From NCBI GenBank assembly GCA_963742735.1, contig CAVUMN010000002.1, positions 73,255 to 137,254 of the forward strand: a DNA stretch of 64,000 nt, in the 5' to 3' direction. The position numbers were made by a program, and so were the translations under genes. The notes beneath the pieces are model-generated. The model was given only the letters and a program-made list of their open reading frames with translations. It did not search any database and had not been told where the DNA came from. Source of the stretch: an uncultured Actinomycetes bacterium (GTDB lineage: Bacteria; Actinomycetota; UBA4738; JBBDTT01). Below, piece by piece: positions 62,418-64,000 of the stretch. Numbering within the stretch: position 1 is the stretch's first letter; each line of letters starts with the position of its first letter.

Positions 62418-64000
62418 GTGGTGCGCTGTCCGGTTTGCAATCAGGAGAACCCCGAGCATGCCAAGTTCTGCCTGAACTGCGCCGCCCCGCTCGGCGCCGC
62501 GGCGATCCCCGAGGCCGAGGAGCGCAAGGTCGTCTCGGTCCTGTTCGCCGACCTCGCGGGGTTCACGGCGCGCTCGGAACAATCCGACCCCGAGGACGTC
62601 CGCGCGATCCTGCGTCCGTATCACGCCGCGCTGCGCAAGGAGATCGAGCGCTACGGCGGGACCGTCGAGAAGTTCATCGGCGACGCCGTCGTCGGGGTGT
62701 TCGGCGCGCCGGTTGCGCACGAGGACGACGCCGAGCGCGCGGTCCGCGCCGCGCTGCGCATCCAGGATGCCATCGGGGAGATGAACGCCGCCGAGCCGGG
62801 CCTCGACCTCACCGTCCGCTCGGCGGTCAACACCGGCGAGGCCGTCGTCACCCTCGCCGCCCGGACCGAGCTCGGCGAGGCCATGGTCGCCGGCGACGTC
62901 ATCAACACCGCGTCGCGCCTCCAGGGCGTGTGTCCCGAGGGCGGGGTGGTCGTGGGGGAGATGACCCACCGAACGACCTCCGGGCTGTTCGACTACCGGC
63001 AGCTCGACTCCGTCCGGGTGAAGGGCAAGCGCGAGCCCGTCGCCGTCTGGCAGGCAGTCGCCCCGCTGAGCCGGTTCGGCGTCGACGTCCGACAGCATGC
63101 GGACACGCCGCTCGTCGGCCGGGACGACGAGCTCGACCTGCTCCGGCGAAGCCTCACCCGGACCCTCCGCGAGTCCAGCGTCCAGCTCGTCACCGTGATC
63201 GGCGAGCCCGGCGTCGGCAAGACCCGCTTGGTGTCGGAGGTCTTCGCCCACGTCGACGAGCTCACCGACATCGTCGCGTGGCGGCAGGGCCGGTGTCTGC
63301 CCTACGGCGAAGGCGTGACGTACTGGGCGCTGGGGGAGATCGTGAAGGCGCAGGCCGGGATCCTCGAGTCCGACACGCCCGACGAGGCCGCCGCGAAGCT
63401 CGAAGTCGCCGTGAACGGCGTGATCGAGGAAGAGGCCGACCGCGGCTGGGTCCGCGCCCGCCTCGCCCCGCTCACCGGGCTGGCCGTGGAGCAGGCCGAC
63501 CAGGTCGAGAAGGGCGAGTCGTTCGCGGCCTGGCGCCGCTTCATCGAGGGCATCGCGGCCCGCGACCCGCTCGTCCTCGTCTTCGAGGACCTCCACTGGG
63601 CCGACCCCCCGCTCCTGGAGTTCATCGACCACCTCGTCGACTACGCCATCGGCGTGCCGATGCTCGTCCTGTGCACGGCCCGTCCGGAGCTGTTCGAGTC
63701 GAACCCCGATTGGGCCGGAGGCAAACGCAACTCCACGACGATCGCGCTCACGCCGCTCTCCGAGGACGAGACCGGCCGCCTGGTCTCGGCCCTCCTGCAG
63801 GACGTGACCCTCCCGCCGGACGTCCAGACGGCCCTGCTCGAACGCGCCGGCGGCAACCCCCTCTACGCCGAGGAGTTCGTCCGGATGCTCACCGACGCCG
63901 GCCTCCTCGAACGGACGAACGGCGAGGTGAAGCTCGTCACCGATCGTGACATCCCGGTGCCCGACACCGTCCAGGCGCTCATCGCCGCGCGCCTCGACAC
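62418..64000 (+). CDS. zinc ribbon - class III adenylate/guanylate cyclase - STAND/AAA ATPase protein, C-terminal part cut by window edge
   Basis: Not in the ORF track because it runs off the window. My translation from GTG 62418 gives VVRCPVCNQENPEHAKFCLNCAAPL...VVSVLFADLAGFTARSE...EKFIGDAVVGVFGAP...SAVNTGEAVV...GDVINTASRLQ...VIGEPGVGKTRLVSE...LVLVFEDLHWADPPLLEF. Confidence 0.85.
   Translation, partial: MVRCPVCNQENPEHAKFCLNCAAPLGAAAIPEAEERKVVSVLFADLAGFTARSEQSDPEDVRAILRPYHAALRKEIERYGGTVEKFIGDAVVGVFGAPVAHEDDAERAVRAALRIQDAIGEMNAAEPGLDLTVRSAVNTGEAVVTLAARTELGEAMVAGDVINTASRLQGVCPEGGVVVGEMTHRTTSGLFDYRQLDSVRVKGKREPVAVWQAVAPLSRFGVDVRQHADTPLVGRDDELDLLRRSLTRTLRESSVQLVTVIGEPGVGKTRLVSEVFAHVDELTDIVAWRQGRCLPYGEGVTYWALGEIVKAQAGILESDTPDEAAAKLEVAVNGVIEEEADRGWVRARLAPLTGLAVEQADQVEKGESFAAWRRFIEGIAARDPLVLVFEDLHWADPPLLEFIDHLVDYAIGVPMLVLCTARPELFESNPDWAGGKRNSTTIALTPLSEDETGRLVSALLQDVTLPPDVQTALLERAGGNPLYAEEFVRMLTDAGLLERTNGEVKLVTDRDIPVPDTVQALIAARLD

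Noticed and set aside
62295-63632. Upstream 446 codons of the 509-aa reverse-strand ORF 62103..63632.
   Set aside because: This part is antisense to the clearly recognisable cyclase/ATPase gene. Only the last 63 codons (62103-62294), which lie outside that gene and have their own strong RBS, were kept as a possible small protein.

Overview
High-GC actinobacterial-type chromosome segment (by eye roughly 70% G+C, codon position 3 almost always G/C; not computed). It holds about 65 tightly packed genes with many 4-bp GTGA/ATGA start-stop overlaps. The backbone is the conserved Actinobacteria housekeeping run leuS-comEA-comEC-holA ... rpsT/lepA-hemW-hrcA-dnaJ-rsmE-HIT-phoH-ybeY-corC-cdd-era ... 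recO-uppS ... metal ABC transporter-zur-glyS ... cspA. Three accessory blocks interrupt it. (i) 7.6-23.3 kb: three tandem DegV paralogs, a 1503-aa zinc-ribbon / Ser-Thr kinase / STAND ATPase / TPR / class III cyclase protein, a CocE/NonD-type hydrolase, and four tandem mosaic paralogs of a secreted beta-helix + RTX-repeat protein. (ii) 34.1-40.7 kb: two cupredoxin lipoproteins, deoC + ALDH + a cysteine-free ALDH-like protein, a VapBC module with a perfect operator palindrome, and an M36 metalloprotease. (iii) 42.3-54.8 kb: two translationally coupled small membrane proteins in a lower-GC islet, an HD / SLATT(DUF4231) / TIR gene trio, a GCS2 ligase, two tandem ceramidase-like hydrolases, a VOC protein, an esterase and a GGCT protein. 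The HD/SLATT/TIR trio is my best candidate for an uncharacterised conflict or signalling system. Regulatory sites readable directly are CIRCE in front of an apparently leaderless hrcA, a 17-bp Zur-like palindrome on the start codon of the metal-transporter operon, and a 12-bp-stem hairpin after cspA. I recognised no rRNA, tRNA, CRISPR array, transposase or integrase. Most long antisense or off-frame ORFs in the supplied track are high-GC artefacts. All family assignments rest on motif recognition by eye, not on database searches.
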